DNA of 64,000 nucleotides from Halarcobacter sp. (GCA_048571215.1 CP182352.1:1408001-1472000), one strand, 5' to 3'; shown: positions 31,970 through 43,136, counted from the stretch's first letter. The notes: generated from the letters alone by a model not told the origin. Program-made: numbers and translations.

Positions 31970-33604
31970 CTAATCTTTAAAACACATATTAATATGTTTT
32001 TTATCCATTGGTTTAGTTAATAAAGAGACTATTATAATAGCTGCTATTGATAATGGTAAGGCAATAATTAAGGCATCTACAAATATGATCTTACCACTTA
32101 ATATAGAATTTGTTCCAAATAAGGCCTTAGCAACACCTAACTCTTTTGCTTCTTTAAAATGAACAAATAATAACCAAAAAGATGAAACAAAAAGTCCAAC
32201 AAGCATTGAAACTATAGCAGCTGTTTTTGTAACTCTTTTCCAAAATAAACCTGCAATAAATGCTGGTAAAAATATAGAAGCACAAAGGGCAAAAAAGATA
32301 GCAGTACTTCTTGCTATAATAGCAGGTTGTTTATCAAAGGCATAGGCTAATGAAACAGATACAATAATCATAATAACAATCCCAAATCTTGTTATCATCA
32401 CTGAGTTTAGATTTGGTTTTATTTGTTCTATCAAATCTCTTCCTACAGCGGTTCCCATAGTATGAAATTGTGAAGATAGTGTTGACATAGCAGCACTAAT
32501 AAGTGCAAAAAGGAAAATAAAAGCAAACCATTTTGGCATAGCAGTATTTATAAAATGTGGTATAACTTTTCCAATACTTCCTGCACTTTCTAAAGCATTT
32601 TTCCCCTCATTGAACTCATAATACCAAGCATTAGTTAAAGAACCAACAATAAAAACAACTCCAGTCATTGCGACTATAAATATACCACCAATTAAAACTG
32701 CTCTATTTAGTTCTTGTTTTGATTTCACAGTCATAAATCTTACTATCAATTGAGGTTGAGCCAAAACCCCTATTCCCACACCTAATGTAATAGTTGTAAT
32801 TACAAACAACCATCCAGGACCCATAAAAGAAGGCATTTGATTCCAACCATTAAATCCCCACATTGTTGATAACTTCATCATAAAATCAGCACTTCCAGGC
32901 TTATACTCTTTTAAACTATGTGTTGCTAAAGGTTCAACAGTAGCTTGCCATACCTTATCAAGTTTTATAAAAGCTTGTTCAACCCCACCTAAAGAATCAA
33001 AGGTAAAATATAAAAGAAGTATCATAGCAAGAAACATTATACTTCCTTGTAAAGCATCTGTTAGCATTACACCCTTTAATCCACCTGCTATAACATATGC
33101 TGTGATTATCACAGAAAAAACCAATAAGGCAGTATGATAATCAATACTAAAATAAAGAGTTATAAAATGTGTTCCACCAATTAATACAGCAGTTGCATAC
33201 AAAGGCATAAACAGCAATATAATCAAAGCACCAAAAATTTGAACAAATTTAGAATCATATCTTTTTCCTAAAAGTTCAGGAAAAGTATGAGCATTAAGTC
33301 TGTAACCTAATTTTCTTGTTGGATTTCCTAAAAAAACAAAGGCTATAAAAATACCAACAAATATATTAAAAAAAGTCAACCAAAGCAAAGAGTTACCAAG
33401 CCAGGCTGCAACTCCACCAAATCCAACTATAGCAGCAGTTGATATAAAAGTAGCCCCATAAGATAAAGCCATAATAAAAGGATGAGTATCCCTACCTGCA
33501 ATTAAATAATCTGTAGTATTTTTAGTTTGTTTGTATCCCACAAAACCTAAATACCCAACAAAAGCAAGGTATAAAATGATAATTATATTTTCATAAATAT
33601 CCAT
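31970..33604 (-). CDS. sodium:solute symporter family protein
   Basis: DYLIAGR, ATFIS....VG..G, GGLKGV..TD..QG, AAMSTLSS; many TM helices. Confidence 0.93.
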   Translation of the reverse strand: MDIYENIIIILYLAFVGYLGFVGYKQTKNTTDYLIAGRDTHPFIMALSYGATFISTAAIVGFGGVAAWLGNSLLWLTFFNIFVGIFIAFVFLGNPTRKLGYRLNAHTFPELLGKRYDSKFVQIFGALIILLFMPLYATAVLIGGTHFITLYFSIDYHTALLVFSVIITAYVIAGGLKGVMLTDALQGSIMFLAMILLLYFTFDSLGGVEQAFIKLDKVWQATVEPLATHSLKEYKPGSADFMMKLSTMWGFNGWNQMPSFMGPGWLFVITTITLGVGIGVLAQPQLIVRFMTVKSKQELNRAVLIGGIFIVAMTGVVFIVGSLTNAWYYEFNEGKNALESAGSIGKVIPHFINTAMPKWFAFIFLFALISAAMSTLSSQFHTMGTAVGRDLIEQIKPNLNSVMITRFGIVIMIIVSVSLAYAFDKQPAIIARSTAIFFALCASIFLPAFIAGLFWKRVTKTAAIVSMLVGLFVSSFWLLFVHFKEAKELGVAKALFGTNSILSGKIIFVDALIIALPLSIAAIIIVSLLTKPMDKKHINMCFKD

Positions 33605-33775
33605 TTATAGTCCTTTTTCTATATTATCTTCAACTTTTGCCCATTTTTTAGCACTCTTATCAACTTTTACTTGACTATCTTTATTCCAGTTTACTGAACC
33701 ATACCAAATACAAAGTACTGAAGATGCGATAGTTAAACCAAAAGCTAAACTAACTCCAAAATCTGCTCCAAACAT
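33605..33775 (-). CDS. 56-aa single-TM symporter accessory protein (not in ORF track)
   Basis: Manual translation MFGADFGVSLAFGLTIASSVLCIWYGSVNWNKDSQVKVDKSAKKWAKVEDNIEKGL. GGGAG RBS; the stop abuts the symporter ATG. Confidence 0.8.
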   Translation of the reverse strand: MFGADFGVSLAFGLTIASSVLCIWYGSVNWNKDSQVKVDKSAKKWAKVEDNIEKGL

Positions 33776-34235
33776 ATATCTTCTCCCAAAAATAAATTTT
33801 AACTTAAGATAATTCTATATTATAAGTAATTATATAAAACTAAAGAAAATTAAATTATTAGTATATGGTATAAAAATAGACTTTTTTTTACTAAATTATT
33901 AGATTTTTTAAAACTTTATTTTTCTAATTATTTTATTAATATCAATAAATTATTGTAATTTAGAATCAAAAATTAAAATAAAGTATATTTTTTAATAAAT
34001 TTTAAAATTTTTATACAATTTATTTTTAAAGAAATATTAAAACTGAAAAATTTTGTATAATTATTATAAATATTAGTGAAATATATTTAAATATTTTGAC
34101 TTAGAACTTATATTTATTAGAATATATCTCAAATTATTTAAATTTTGTACAATATTTATAAAAAAATATCTATTAATGCTTAATAAATAAAATTATATGT
34201 ATAATATTTGTAAAATTTAATATTTTAGGAAAAAA

Positions 34236-36050
34236 ATGAAACAAACATTAATGGGAAACGATGCAATTGCATTGGGGATGATTCATTCAAATATTGATAT
34301 GGTTTCAGGATATCCTGGAACTCCATCAAGTGAGATTTTGACTAATGTTCAAAAATTAAAAACTCAATTAAACCTAGATTTGTATGCACAATGGGCTACA
34401 AATGAAAAAGTTGGCTATGAAGTAGCTTATGCTGGTGCTATTACAGGAAGAAGAGCTGCTGCAACTATGAAACAAGTTGGTTTAAATGTTGCTGGTGATG
34501 CTTTAATGAGTTCAGCATATATTGGAAATATTGGGGCATTTGTATTAGTAGTTGCCGATGATCCGGGATTTCACTCTTCTCAAACTGAACAAGATAGTAG
34601 AGTATTTGCAAAATTTGCAAAAATACCAGTATTAGACCCAGCAACTCCACAAGATGCTTATGATTTTGTAAGTTTAGCTGTTGAGATATCTGAAAAGTTC
34701 CAAACACCAACAATGCTAAGACCTGTAATGAGAGTTTGTCATGCAAGACAAATAGTTGAAGTAAAAGAGGATGTAAAATTTACTCCAACAAAAGGGGAAT
34801 TTAAAAGAGATATTCCAAGATGGGCAGCAGTACCAAGAGCTGGTAGATTAGGTCAAGGTTATGAGATGATTGATAGAATCAATGCTATCAAAGAGTATAA
34901 CTGGGAAAACCTTATCAAACCAGAGTTTGATAAATGCAAAGGTGGAAAACTACTTGTTTTAACTTCAGGGACAGGATATGGTTTTGCAAAAGAGGCTTTA
35001 GATGACTTAGGAATTGAAGCTGATATTGTTAAATTTAAAATGCCTTACCCTCTTCCTGAAAATAAAATTAGAGAGCAGTTTAATAATTACGAAAAGGTAT
35101 TGGTTATAGAAGAGCCTATGGCATGTATTGAAGAGCAAGTACTTACAGAAAAAGTACATGGAAAACTTGATAATACAATGCATGTAATTGATGAACTACA
35201 AAAGGTTTATATCCAAGATGCTTTGATTAAGATGGAAATATATAAAGGTGAAAACCTTTACCCTGTAATACCTTTTAAAGAAGAGATACCAGCTCGTCCA
35301 CCAAACCTTTGTCCTGGTTGTCCACATAGAGATGTTTATTATTCTATTATGAAGGTATTTAAAAAAAGAAAATCAATCTACCCTTCTGATATTGGGTGTT
35401 ACACCTTAGCTATAAATCAAGATGCTATTGATACTGTTTTATGTATGGGTGCTTCTGTATCTATGGCAAGTGGTTTTTCTATTGCCGATCCAGATAAGTA
35501 TACAGTTGCAACCATAGGAGATAGTACTTTTTTCCATGGAGGAATTCCCCCACTTATAAATGCAGTTTATCAAAAACATAAATTCTTACTTGTGGTTTTA
35601 GATAATTCAGTTGTAGCTATGACAGGAAGGCAACAACCACCACAAAGACAAAATGGGGAAGTTGATATTGCAAAAATTGCTCAAGGTTGTGGTGCTCAAA
35701 CCTTTGAGTATGTTTACTCGAATGATTTAAATAATACTATTGATTTCTTCAAAAATATGAAAGAGGAATATGATAAGGCAACAGGTCCTATAGTTGCAGT
35801 TGTAAGAGAGTTTTGTGTTTTAGATAAAGAGGTAGTAAATGATCATATTCCAGGTGAGTTTTCAACTGTTATTGCTGAAAACTGTGTTGCTTGTGATCAA
35901 TGTACAACTGTATATAAATGTCCTCCAATGGCATACAATAAAGATGAAAAAGTTGAAATAGACCCATTTTTATGTATAGGTTGTGGTTCATGTTTAAATG
36001 TTGTTTGTCCAACAGAAGCCTTCACCCTAGATGAAGAAAGGAGTAAATAA
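34236..36050 (+). CDS. iorA: indolepyruvate:ferredoxin oxidoreductase alpha subunit
   Basis: GYPGTPSSE, NEKV..E, MKQVGLNVA.D, SSQTEQD, LCPGCPHR, DIGCY, GDSTF.H.G, C-terminal ferredoxin motifs. Confidence 0.93.
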   Translation: MKQTLMGNDAIALGMIHSNIDMVSGYPGTPSSEILTNVQKLKTQLNLDLYAQWATNEKVGYEVAYAGAITGRRAAATMKQVGLNVAGDALMSSAYIGNIGAFVLVVADDPGFHSSQTEQDSRVFAKFAKIPVLDPATPQDAYDFVSLAVEISEKFQTPTMLRPVMRVCHARQIVEVKEDVKFTPTKGEFKRDIPRWAAVPRAGRLGQGYEMIDRINAIKEYNWENLIKPEFDKCKGGKLLVLTSGTGYGFAKEALDDLGIEADIVKFKMPYPLPENKIREQFNNYEKVLVIEEPMACIEEQVLTEKVHGKLDNTMHVIDELQKVYIQDALIKMEIYKGENLYPVIPFKEEIPARPPNLCPGCPHRDVYYSIMKVFKKRKSIYPSDIGCYTLAINQDAIDTVLCMGASVSMASGFSIADPDKYTVATIGDSTFFHGGIPPLINAVYQKHKFLLVVLDNSVVAMTGRQQPPQRQNGEVDIAKIAQGCGAQTFEYVYSNDLNNTIDFFKNMKEEYDKATGPIVAVVREFCVLDKEVVNDHIPGEFSTVIAENCVACDQCTTVYKCPPMAYNKDEKVEIDPFLCIGCGSCLNVVCPTEAFTLDEERSK

Positions 36051-36051
36051 G

Positions 36052-36585
36052 ATGAAGTATCAAATTGTAATTGCAGGTTTTGGTGGTCAAGGTTCTGTTT
36101 TTTTAGTAAAAATATTAGCCCTATGTGCAGGGAATAAAAATGTAGCATGTTTAGGTACAGAAAATCATGGAATGTCACAAAGGGGTGGTGCTGTTTCATG
36201 TACTATTAAATTAGGTGATTATACAAACCCTGTGATTGATGCAAATCAAGCTGATTTGCTAATTGGTTTGGAAAAAAATGAAGCCTTAAGAAATCTAAGT
36301 TTCTTAAAACAAAATGGTACTTTAGCTGTAAACTCAGATAACTCTTTTCCAAATGATGATTTAAATGCAAATGTTATCCAAATAGATGCCTTTGAAAAAG
36401 CAAAGAAAAATGAGTTTCCAATTCAAGGACTAAATGTATATATGTTAGGGGTAGTATTGGCAAAATGTGATGATTTTCCTTTCTCTCTTGAAGATGTAGA
36501 AGAAGCCTTAGTTCAGTTTAACCCGAAAGTTGCCCAACAAAATATTGAGGTATTAAAAAAAGCTATTTCTGATATTAAAGGATAA
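36052..36585 (+). CDS. iorB: indolepyruvate oxidoreductase beta subunit
   Basis: AGFGGQG, ENHGMSQRGGAV, EALR. Start set at ATG 36052 after AGGAG. Confidence 0.9.
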   Translation: MKYQIVIAGFGGQGSVFLVKILALCAGNKNVACLGTENHGMSQRGGAVSCTIKLGDYTNPVIDANQADLLIGLEKNEALRNLSFLKQNGTLAVNSDNSFPNDDLNANVIQIDAFEKAKKNEFPIQGLNVYMLGVVLAKCDDFPFSLEDVEEALVQFNPKVAQQNIEVLKKAISDIKG

Positions 36586-36587
36586 AA

Positions 36588-37883
36588 ATGGTTTGGAATC
36601 AAATAGAAACTAGTCCTCTTGAGGAGATTACAGCTCTTCAATCGAAAAGATTAAAAGATACAGTCCAAAGAGTATATACTCTTACCCCTTTTTATAAAAA
36701 ATGTTTTGATGAACTTAATATCAAACCAAGTGATATTAAATCAATCAAAGATATATCAAAACTACCTTTTACAAAAAAACAAGATTTAAGAGATCACTAT
36801 CCTTTTGGACTTTTTACAGTTCCTATGAGTCAAGTTATTAGAGTTCATTCTTCATCGGGAACAACAGGTAAACCAACAGTTGTAGGTTATACTAAAAAAG
36901 ATTTAGATATTTGGGATGAAGTTATGGCAAGGGTTTTTACCATGGCTGGAGCAAACCAAGAAGATATAGTACATAATGCTTATGGATATGGACTTTTTAC
37001 TGGAGGCTTAGGCTTACATAATGGTGCTGAGAAAGTTGGAGCAACTGTGATTCCAAGTTCTGGTGGCTTTACTGAAAGACAAGTTATGCTTATGAAGGAT
37101 TTCAAAGCTACAATTTTAGCCTCAACTCCCTCTTTTGCTTTACATATTGCAGAAGTTGCTTCAAGATCTGGAGCTTGCTTTAAAAATGATTTCAATCTAA
37201 AAGCAGGTGTTTTTGGAGCAGAACCAACATCAAAAGGTCTAAAAGAGGAGATATCAAAAGTTTGGGGAATTGATTATCATGAGGTTTATGGATTATCTGA
37301 AGTAATTGGACCAGGAGTTAGTTGTTCGTGTAAACACTCAGAACTACTTCATGTTTTTGAAGATCATTTTTATCCAGAAATTATTGACCCAAAAACTAAA
37401 GAACAAGTTCCCGATGGTCAAAGGGGAGAACTTGTAATAACCTCTTTAACAAAGCAAGCCTTGCCAATTATTAGATATCGAACTGGAGATATAACTTCAC
37501 TTACAAGAACTCCATGTAAATGTGGAAGAACTATGGTTCGAATGGAAAGTGTAGTTGGAAGAGTTGATGATATGATTATAATAAATGGAGTAAATGTATA
37601 TCCATCACAAATTGAACATGTGATTTCTCAAACAGAGGGCTTAACATTAAACTATCAAATAGTTATTGACAAAAAAGGTCATTTAGACCAATTGGAGATA
37701 TTAATAGAGATAAGTGATGAGATTATGATAGATTCAATTGGTGAAATGGAAAAGATTAAAAAAACTATCCAACATGACCTATTAAGTAATTTATATATAA
37801 AAACAAATGTTAAATTAGTGGAACCTAGAAGTATAGAAAGAAGTGTTGGTAAAGCTGTAAGAATAGTTGATAAAAGGAAATAA
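36588..37883 (+). CDS. paaK: phenylacetate-CoA ligase family protein
   Basis: HSSSGTTGKP, YGLFTGGLG.H.G, YGLSE..GPGV, RYRTGD. Confidence 0.92.
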   Translation: MVWNQIETSPLEEITALQSKRLKDTVQRVYTLTPFYKKCFDELNIKPSDIKSIKDISKLPFTKKQDLRDHYPFGLFTVPMSQVIRVHSSSGTTGKPTVVGYTKKDLDIWDEVMARVFTMAGANQEDIVHNAYGYGLFTGGLGLHNGAEKVGATVIPSSGGFTERQVMLMKDFKATILASTPSFALHIAEVASRSGACFKNDFNLKAGVFGAEPTSKGLKEEISKVWGIDYHEVYGLSEVIGPGVSCSCKHSELLHVFEDHFYPEIIDPKTKEQVPDGQRGELVITSLTKQALPIIRYRTGDITSLTRTPCKCGRTMVRMESVVGRVDDMIIINGVNVYPSQIEHVISQTEGLTLNYQIVIDKKGHLDQLEILIEISDEIMIDSIGEMEKIKKTIQHDLLSNLYIKTNVKLVEPRSIERSVGKAVRIVDKRK

Positions 37884-37884
37884 T

Positions 37885-38307
37885 ATGAAATATTCTATAA
37901 AACAACTCTCAATTTTTATTGAAAATAAAAAAGGGGAATTAACACAAATCACTGATGTTTTATCTATAAATAAAATATCAATCAAAGCTCTAAACTTAGT
38001 TGATGGAAGTGATTTTGGTATTTTAAGAATTTTAGTGGATGATAGTGATTCTACAAAAAGGATTTTAGATGACAATGGATTTTCTTTAACAATAAGTGAA
38101 GTATTCGCTGTATTGATTGATGATCATATAGGTTCATTTAACGAAGTTTTATCCATCTTATCTCAAAATGATATAAATATAGAGTATACATATACTATTA
38201 ATTCATCAAATAAAGGTGCCTTTATTTTTAAGGTTTCAAGTGAAGATTTTGCTAAGGCAACAAAATTATTATCAAAATCAAAAGTGAAACTTTTAGAAAA
38301 TATATAA
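37885..38307 (+). CDS. tandem ACT-domain protein
   Basis: QLSIFIENK.G.L, DFGILR, INIEY.Y; typical companion of paaK/ior. Confidence 0.88.
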   Translation: MKYSIKQLSIFIENKKGELTQITDVLSINKISIKALNLVDGSDFGILRILVDDSDSTKRILDDNGFSLTISEVFAVLIDDHIGSFNEVLSILSQNDINIEYTYTINSSNKGAFIFKVSSEDFAKATKLLSKSKVKLLENI

Positions 38308-38366
38308 AAATAAATTTATATTTAACAAGTAATAAAATATAATATTAGCCAAAATAGGAATGTTCA

Positions 38367-38819
38367 ATGTTAACTCCAAAAGAGATAAGTGATTTATTTG
38401 AAGTACAAGTTAATACCCTGTATAACTGGAAAAAAAGTAAACCAAAATTATTTGCTTATCTACAAAATGCAGATTATAATTCAAAAATAAATAATGAAAT
38501 AAATGCATTATTAGACTATTTTTCTAAAACTATACAAAAAGATTTTACTTTAAAAGAGATAGATTTTTTGATTATTAGTGATTTTGAATTAAACTCTATA
38601 GAAGAGGTAAATGAATTTCAAGAGTATTTTATAAAAGCAAACTATAAAATACTTATTACAAAACATAAGTTTGTATTAAATATTTATGACAAACTAAAAG
38701 TATTGAATGTAGTAGAAAAATACCTTTTATATAAAAAAATATTCAAGGTTAGAAAATTTGGGGATAAAAACAGAGCAGAATTTTTTAGTGAATTTATAAA
38801 AAACGAGGAGAAGAGTTAA
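38367..38819 (+). CDS. putative DNA-binding protein with N-terminal HTH
   Basis: [21 protein letters not shown]; stop overlaps the trpB start. Confidence 0.65.
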   Translation: MLTPKEISDLFEVQVNTLYNWKKSKPKLFAYLQNADYNSKINNEINALLDYFSKTIQKDFTLKEIDFLIISDFELNSIEEVNEFQEYFIKANYKILITKHKFVLNIYDKLKVLNVVEKYLLYKKIFKVRKFGDKNRAEFFSEFIKNEEKS

Positions 38820-40033
38820 TGTCTGATTATTTAAGCAATCATCCAGATAAAAATGGATTTTTTGGAAGATTTGGTGGTTCATTTATTCCACCTGTGTTAG
38901 AAGAGCCCTTTAAAAAAATAATTAAAGCTTATGCAGATTTAAAAGATGATGGAAAGTTTATTGAAGATTTAAAATATGTTAGAAAACACTACCAAGGAAG
39001 ACCCACACCAATAAGTTATGCTAGCAACCTTACTAAGTATTGTGGTGGTGCAAAAATCTATCTTAAAAGGGAAGATTTAAACCATTCTGGAGCTCATAAA
39101 CTAAACCATTGTATGGCAGAAGTTATTTTAGCTAAACATATGGGATTTAAAAAAGTTATAGCAGAAACAGGAGCAGGACAACATGGGGTTGCCCTAGCAA
39201 CAGCTGCAGCTTACTTTGGCTTGGAGTGTGAAATACATATGGGTGAAGTTGATATTAAAAAAGAGCACCCAAATGTGGTAAGAATGAAAATTCTAGGTGC
39301 AAAAGTAGTTCCTGCAACACATGGATTAAAAACTTTAAAAGAAGCTGTTGATAGTGCCTTTGAAAGTTATATTTCCCAAGCAGATACTGCAATATATTGT
39401 ATAGGTTCAGTTGTTGGTCCACATCCATTTCCTATGATGGTAAGGGATTTTCAAAGTATTGTTGGAATTGAAGCAAAAGAGCAGTTCTTGGAACATGAAA
39501 AAAATTTACCAGATAATATAATTGCTTGTGTTGGTGGTGGTTCAAACTCAATGGGTATATTTGCCCCTTTTATAGATGATGAGGATATCAATCTATATGG
39601 AGTAGAACCTATGGGAAGAGGAGAAAAACTAGGAGATCATGCTGCAACCTTAAGCCATGGGGAAGAGGGAGTTATGCATGGATTTAATTCTATCATGCTA
39701 AAAGATGAAAATGGGGAACCAGCACCGGTATATTCTATTGGTTCGGGGATTGATTATCCCTCAGTTGGACCTGAACACGCATATTTAAAAGATATAGGTA
39801 GAACAAAGATTGGTTTATGCAATGATATAGAAGCAGTTGATGCTTTTTATAAACTCTCTCAATTAGAAGGGATTATCCCAGCGCTAGAATCAGCCCACGC
39901 AGTTGGATTTGCTATGAAACTAGCAAAAACTTTATCAAAAGATAAAACTATTTTGATAAATCTAAGTGGTAGAGGGGATAAAGATATTGATTTTGTTGTA
40001 GAAAACTACCCTATTCCTAACGCAAAATTTTAA
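38819..40033 (+). CDS. trpB: tryptophan synthase beta chain (no adjacent trpA)
   Basis: [53 protein letters not shown]. Confidence 0.95.
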   Translation: MSDYLSNHPDKNGFFGRFGGSFIPPVLEEPFKKIIKAYADLKDDGKFIEDLKYVRKHYQGRPTPISYASNLTKYCGGAKIYLKREDLNHSGAHKLNHCMAEVILAKHMGFKKVIAETGAGQHGVALATAAAYFGLECEIHMGEVDIKKEHPNVVRMKILGAKVVPATHGLKTLKEAVDSAFESYISQADTAIYCIGSVVGPHPFPMMVRDFQSIVGIEAKEQFLEHEKNLPDNIIACVGGGSNSMGIFAPFIDDEDINLYGVEPMGRGEKLGDHAATLSHGEEGVMHGFNSIMLKDENGEPAPVYSIGSGIDYPSVGPEHAYLKDIGRTKIGLCNDIEAVDAFYKLSQLEGIIPALESAHAVGFAMKLAKTLSKDKTILINLSGRGDKDIDFVVENYPIPNAKF

Positions 40034-40036
40034 ATA

Positions 40037-40056
40037 AAAGAGAATTTTCTCTTTTA
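40037..40056. terminator. probable bidirectional terminator
   Basis: AAAAGAGAA/TTCTCTTTT palindrome between convergent genes. Confidence 0.55.
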
Positions 40057-40713
40057 TTTAAACTGATTTAAAAGACTATTGTTTTTATTTTTTTGCTCAT
40101 TATATTTATACTCTAGTTCCTGATACTTTAGATAAAAATCATTATATAAAAATGCATATTGATCATCCTCATCTTTATATCTATCATTTAAATCCTTATA
40201 GCCTGTAGATAAGGCTTCTACAAAGTTAAAAGAGTTAACAACAGTTAAAATCTCATTTAGTTTTGTTTGTGAAATTTTATCTGTAATCTTTTTATCTCCA
40301 TCATCTAGTTTTGTACTAATTGATTTTTGAAGTAGACTTGCTAAACTTGTTTTTGAAGAGTTTAAATAACTACTTTTATCTTCATACATATCAAATAAAT
40401 AACTGTAGCCCAAATCAAAAGGTTTTCCCATTACTGTATTAAATAAAGCTTTTGATAAATTATCATCAGTTGAAAACATTGTTGCTAGTTTTAAGTTTTT
40501 TGCTAGAGATTTTTTATCTTCATCTTCAAATAAAATTTCAATTTGTTCTAAAGATACACTTTTTATATTTTCATATGTTAGTTTGGCTGTTTGTGTATGA
40601 TTTTTTTTATCTGCTATTAGAGTATCTACAAACTCATTATTTGTAGTTTTATTGTTAATCTTATTTTCTATTTGATTTTTTATTAGTATCTCATTTATAT
40701 TTGAAGTTATCAT
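40054..40713 (-). CDS. hypothetical protein
   Basis: 219-aa ORF with no recognised motif. Confidence 0.65.
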   Translation of the reverse strand: MITSNINEILIKNQIENKINNKTTNNEFVDTLIADKKNHTQTAKLTYENIKSVSLEQIEILFEDEDKKSLAKNLKLATMFSTDDNLSKALFNTVMGKPFDLGYSYLFDMYEDKSSYLNSSKTSLASLLQKSISTKLDDGDKKITDKISQTKLNEILTVVNSFNFVEALSTGYKDLNDRYKDEDDQYAFLYNDFYLKYQELEYKYNEQKNKNNSLLNQFK

Positions 40714-40723
40714 AATTTACCCC

Positions 40724-41542
40724 TTAATTGCAATTATCCCTTTTAGATAAAAATTTAAGTTCATCACAGCTAAAACCTGCTTTTTTTCTTGCATCTATAT
40801 TTAAATCATATTTTTTAGAAGTACTTCCAGGATAAACCCGTTCCAAAATCTCAATATATGTATTTTCATGATTTAACTTTAATCTTTCACACTCATATTT
40901 AAACCATTTGTCACCTTTTAACACATGATCGATCTCCTCTTCAAGTATTACATTTAGTGCCTTAATTATCTTTTTATTAAACTCATCAGGGTTAGAATTT
41001 AATTTATCCATAATCTTTGGATTTTGTTCTAAGCCATTTGCTTCTAAAAACCTTGGAACAACTGCCATTCTTGATAAAAAATCAGGAGTCTTTTTCATTG
41101 CTTCAAAAAGATTTGTGTGAACCTCTAAACTACCATAAGATGAGTCTAACTCATTTAGAAGTTGTTCAATCATCTCAAAATGTCTAACTTCATCATTGGC
41201 AACCTCTAACCAATCATTATAATACTCTTTTGGAAGATTTTGAAACCTTAATGCAGCATCTAAAGCTAAATCAATAGCACTATATTCTATATGGGCTATT
41301 GTATGTAAAAGATTTATTTTACCCTCTTTTGTATTCATATATTTTCTTTGTTTAAGCCCTTTTGGAACTACAATATTAAATATTTTATTATAAGAGGGTT
41401 CATACATTATATATGGTTCATAATTAGATTCTTTTATATAATCTTCATTTAAATAATTTTTATAAAAGCTCTTAAACATCCCTATTTTTTCCTTCGGATT
41501 TGCCTCTAATATGATATTTTCTATATTTTTATAATATCTCAT
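40724..41542 (-). CDS. ferritin-like DUF455 family protein
   Basis: LHTIAHIEYSAIDLALD, DEVRHF, VPRFLEANGL, EEIDHV..G.KWF. Confidence 0.9.
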   Translation of the reverse strand: MRYYKNIENIILEANPKEKIGMFKSFYKNYLNEDYIKESNYEPYIMYEPSYNKIFNIVVPKGLKQRKYMNTKEGKINLLHTIAHIEYSAIDLALDAALRFQNLPKEYYNDWLEVANDEVRHFEMIEQLLNELDSSYGSLEVHTNLFEAMKKTPDFLSRMAVVPRFLEANGLEQNPKIMDKLNSNPDEFNKKIIKALNVILEEEIDHVLKGDKWFKYECERLKLNHENTYIEILERVYPGSTSKKYDLNIDARKKAGFSCDELKFLSKRDNCN

Positions 41543-41608
41543 AAACTACCTTACAGCTTCAATAATATATACTTAGATAGATTCTATCTAAGTAAGGATT
41601 AAAAAATA

Positions 41609-42202
41609 ATGGAAATTAAAATACATCCTATGGGAGAGTATAGAACAAATTGTTATATTATAACTATTAATGAAAAAGATTTAATAATAGACCCAGGAGT
41701 TGGTGCAACACCTTGGGTAAAACAAAATGTTGAAAATCCTATAGCAATATTAAATACTCACGGACATTTTGATCATGTTTGGTCAAATAAAGAGTTAAAA
41801 GATTTACTAGATATAAAAATTTATACACCTAAGAATGATGAATTTATGTTACAAGGTGATCCATTTGGACTTGGTCTTCCAAGTTCTATACCTGATGTTT
41901 TAGTGGAACCTGATCAAGAACTTGACATAGATGGAATAAAAGTAAAATTTCACTTTTTCCCTGGTCATACTCCTGGTTGTTCTGCAATAGAGATAGAAAA
42001 CACTTTATTTAGTGGTGATTTTATATTTAATGGTTCAATTGGTAGATGTGATTTACCTCACTCAGACCCAAGCCTTATGATAAAAAGTATTGATAAGATT
42101 TTAAAATGGGATAAAAATATTCGAATTTATCCTGGACATGGAGACTCTACTACACTAAAAAGTGAAAGGACGTCATTGAATAGTTGGAAAAATTACTTAT
42201 AG
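41609..42202 (+). CDS. MBL-fold hydrolase (glyoxalase II-like)
   Basis: THGHFDH, PGHTPG, SGDFIF, PGHG. Confidence 0.92.
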   Translation: MEIKIHPMGEYRTNCYIITINEKDLIIDPGVGATPWVKQNVENPIAILNTHGHFDHVWSNKELKDLLDIKIYTPKNDEFMLQGDPFGLGLPSSIPDVLVEPDQELDIDGIKVKFHFFPGHTPGCSAIEIENTLFSGDFIFNGSIGRCDLPHSDPSLMIKSIDKILKWDKNIRIYPGHGDSTTLKSERTSLNSWKNYL

Positions 42203-42210
42203 GATTTCAG

Positions 42211-43128
42211 ATGGATGATTTACTAAAATTAAATGTAACTAGTGTTCAAACAATATTAGAGTTAAATGATGAATTAAAAAAAACAAATAACTTTGATAAA
42301 ATGTTTAAACTAATTTCTAACTTTATAAGTGAACAATATAATGTGCATCACTATTTAGTAACTATAAATGAAAACTTAATCTATTCAAACTTTGAATTAT
42401 CAAATGGTTTAAGTTTCAAAGACTTTAGTATAGAACTAACAAGTGAAAATCTTCTAAAAGTTTCTATATTTTATGAAGATAGTAAACAAAAAGAAAATCT
42501 ATTAATGAGCAATATTGAGATAATAAAACTTCTTTTTAATCTAATTTCCCAAACAATTTATTCAAAGTTTTTGGAGTTCAAAATAGATACACTTGCGCTA
42601 AAAGATTGTTTAACAGGTCTTTATAATAGACAATATATAGATGAATACCTAAAAACAACCCTTCCTTTATCAAATAGAGAAAGAAAAAAGATGGCATTTA
42701 TTAAAATAGGAATTGACCATTTCAAAGCCGTTATAGATGAATTTGATTATAATGTTGGTGATAAAGTTTTAAAAGAACTAGCAAAAAGTGTTCAAAATAG
42801 TGTAAGAAAATCAGACCTAGTTGCAAGAATAGAAGCTGATGAATTTTTTGTAGTACTACACAATGTTATTAATGAAGAAAATGCTATAAATATAGCAAAT
42901 AAAATAGTTGAAAATTTTAAAAACACAAAAGTTGTTGTAAATGATGTGACCAAACAAATATTGATGAAAACTATTTGTACTGGTGTTTCAATGTATCCTG
43001 ATGATGCAAATAAAATTGAAGAGATATTTAGATCTTCTGATATAGCTTTATATGAAGCTAGAAATAAAGGTAGAAGTCAAACCTTTAAATTCAGAAAAGA
43101 AGATACAAATACAATTGATTTATTTTAA
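42211..43128 (+). CDS. degenerate GGDEF-domain protein (EADEF)
   Basis: DCLTGLYNR, GIDHFK, RIEADEF, ALYEAR.KGR. Start set at ATG 42211. Confidence 0.85.
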   Translation: MDDLLKLNVTSVQTILELNDELKKTNNFDKMFKLISNFISEQYNVHHYLVTINENLIYSNFELSNGLSFKDFSIELTSENLLKVSIFYEDSKQKENLLMSNIEIIKLLFNLISQTIYSKFLEFKIDTLALKDCLTGLYNRQYIDEYLKTTLPLSNRERKKMAFIKIGIDHFKAVIDEFDYNVGDKVLKELAKSVQNSVRKSDLVARIEADEFFVVLHNVINEENAINIANKIVENFKNTKVVVNDVTKQILMKTICTGVSMYPDDANKIEEIFRSSDIALYEARNKGRSQTFKFRKEDTNTIDLF

Positions 43129-43136
43129 GGAAAAAT

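Noticed and set aside
33780..34235. Long AT-rich intergenic region as an ncRNA or origin
   Set aside because: No stable GC stems, iterons or clear DnaA-box cluster. Consistent with a divergent promoter region.
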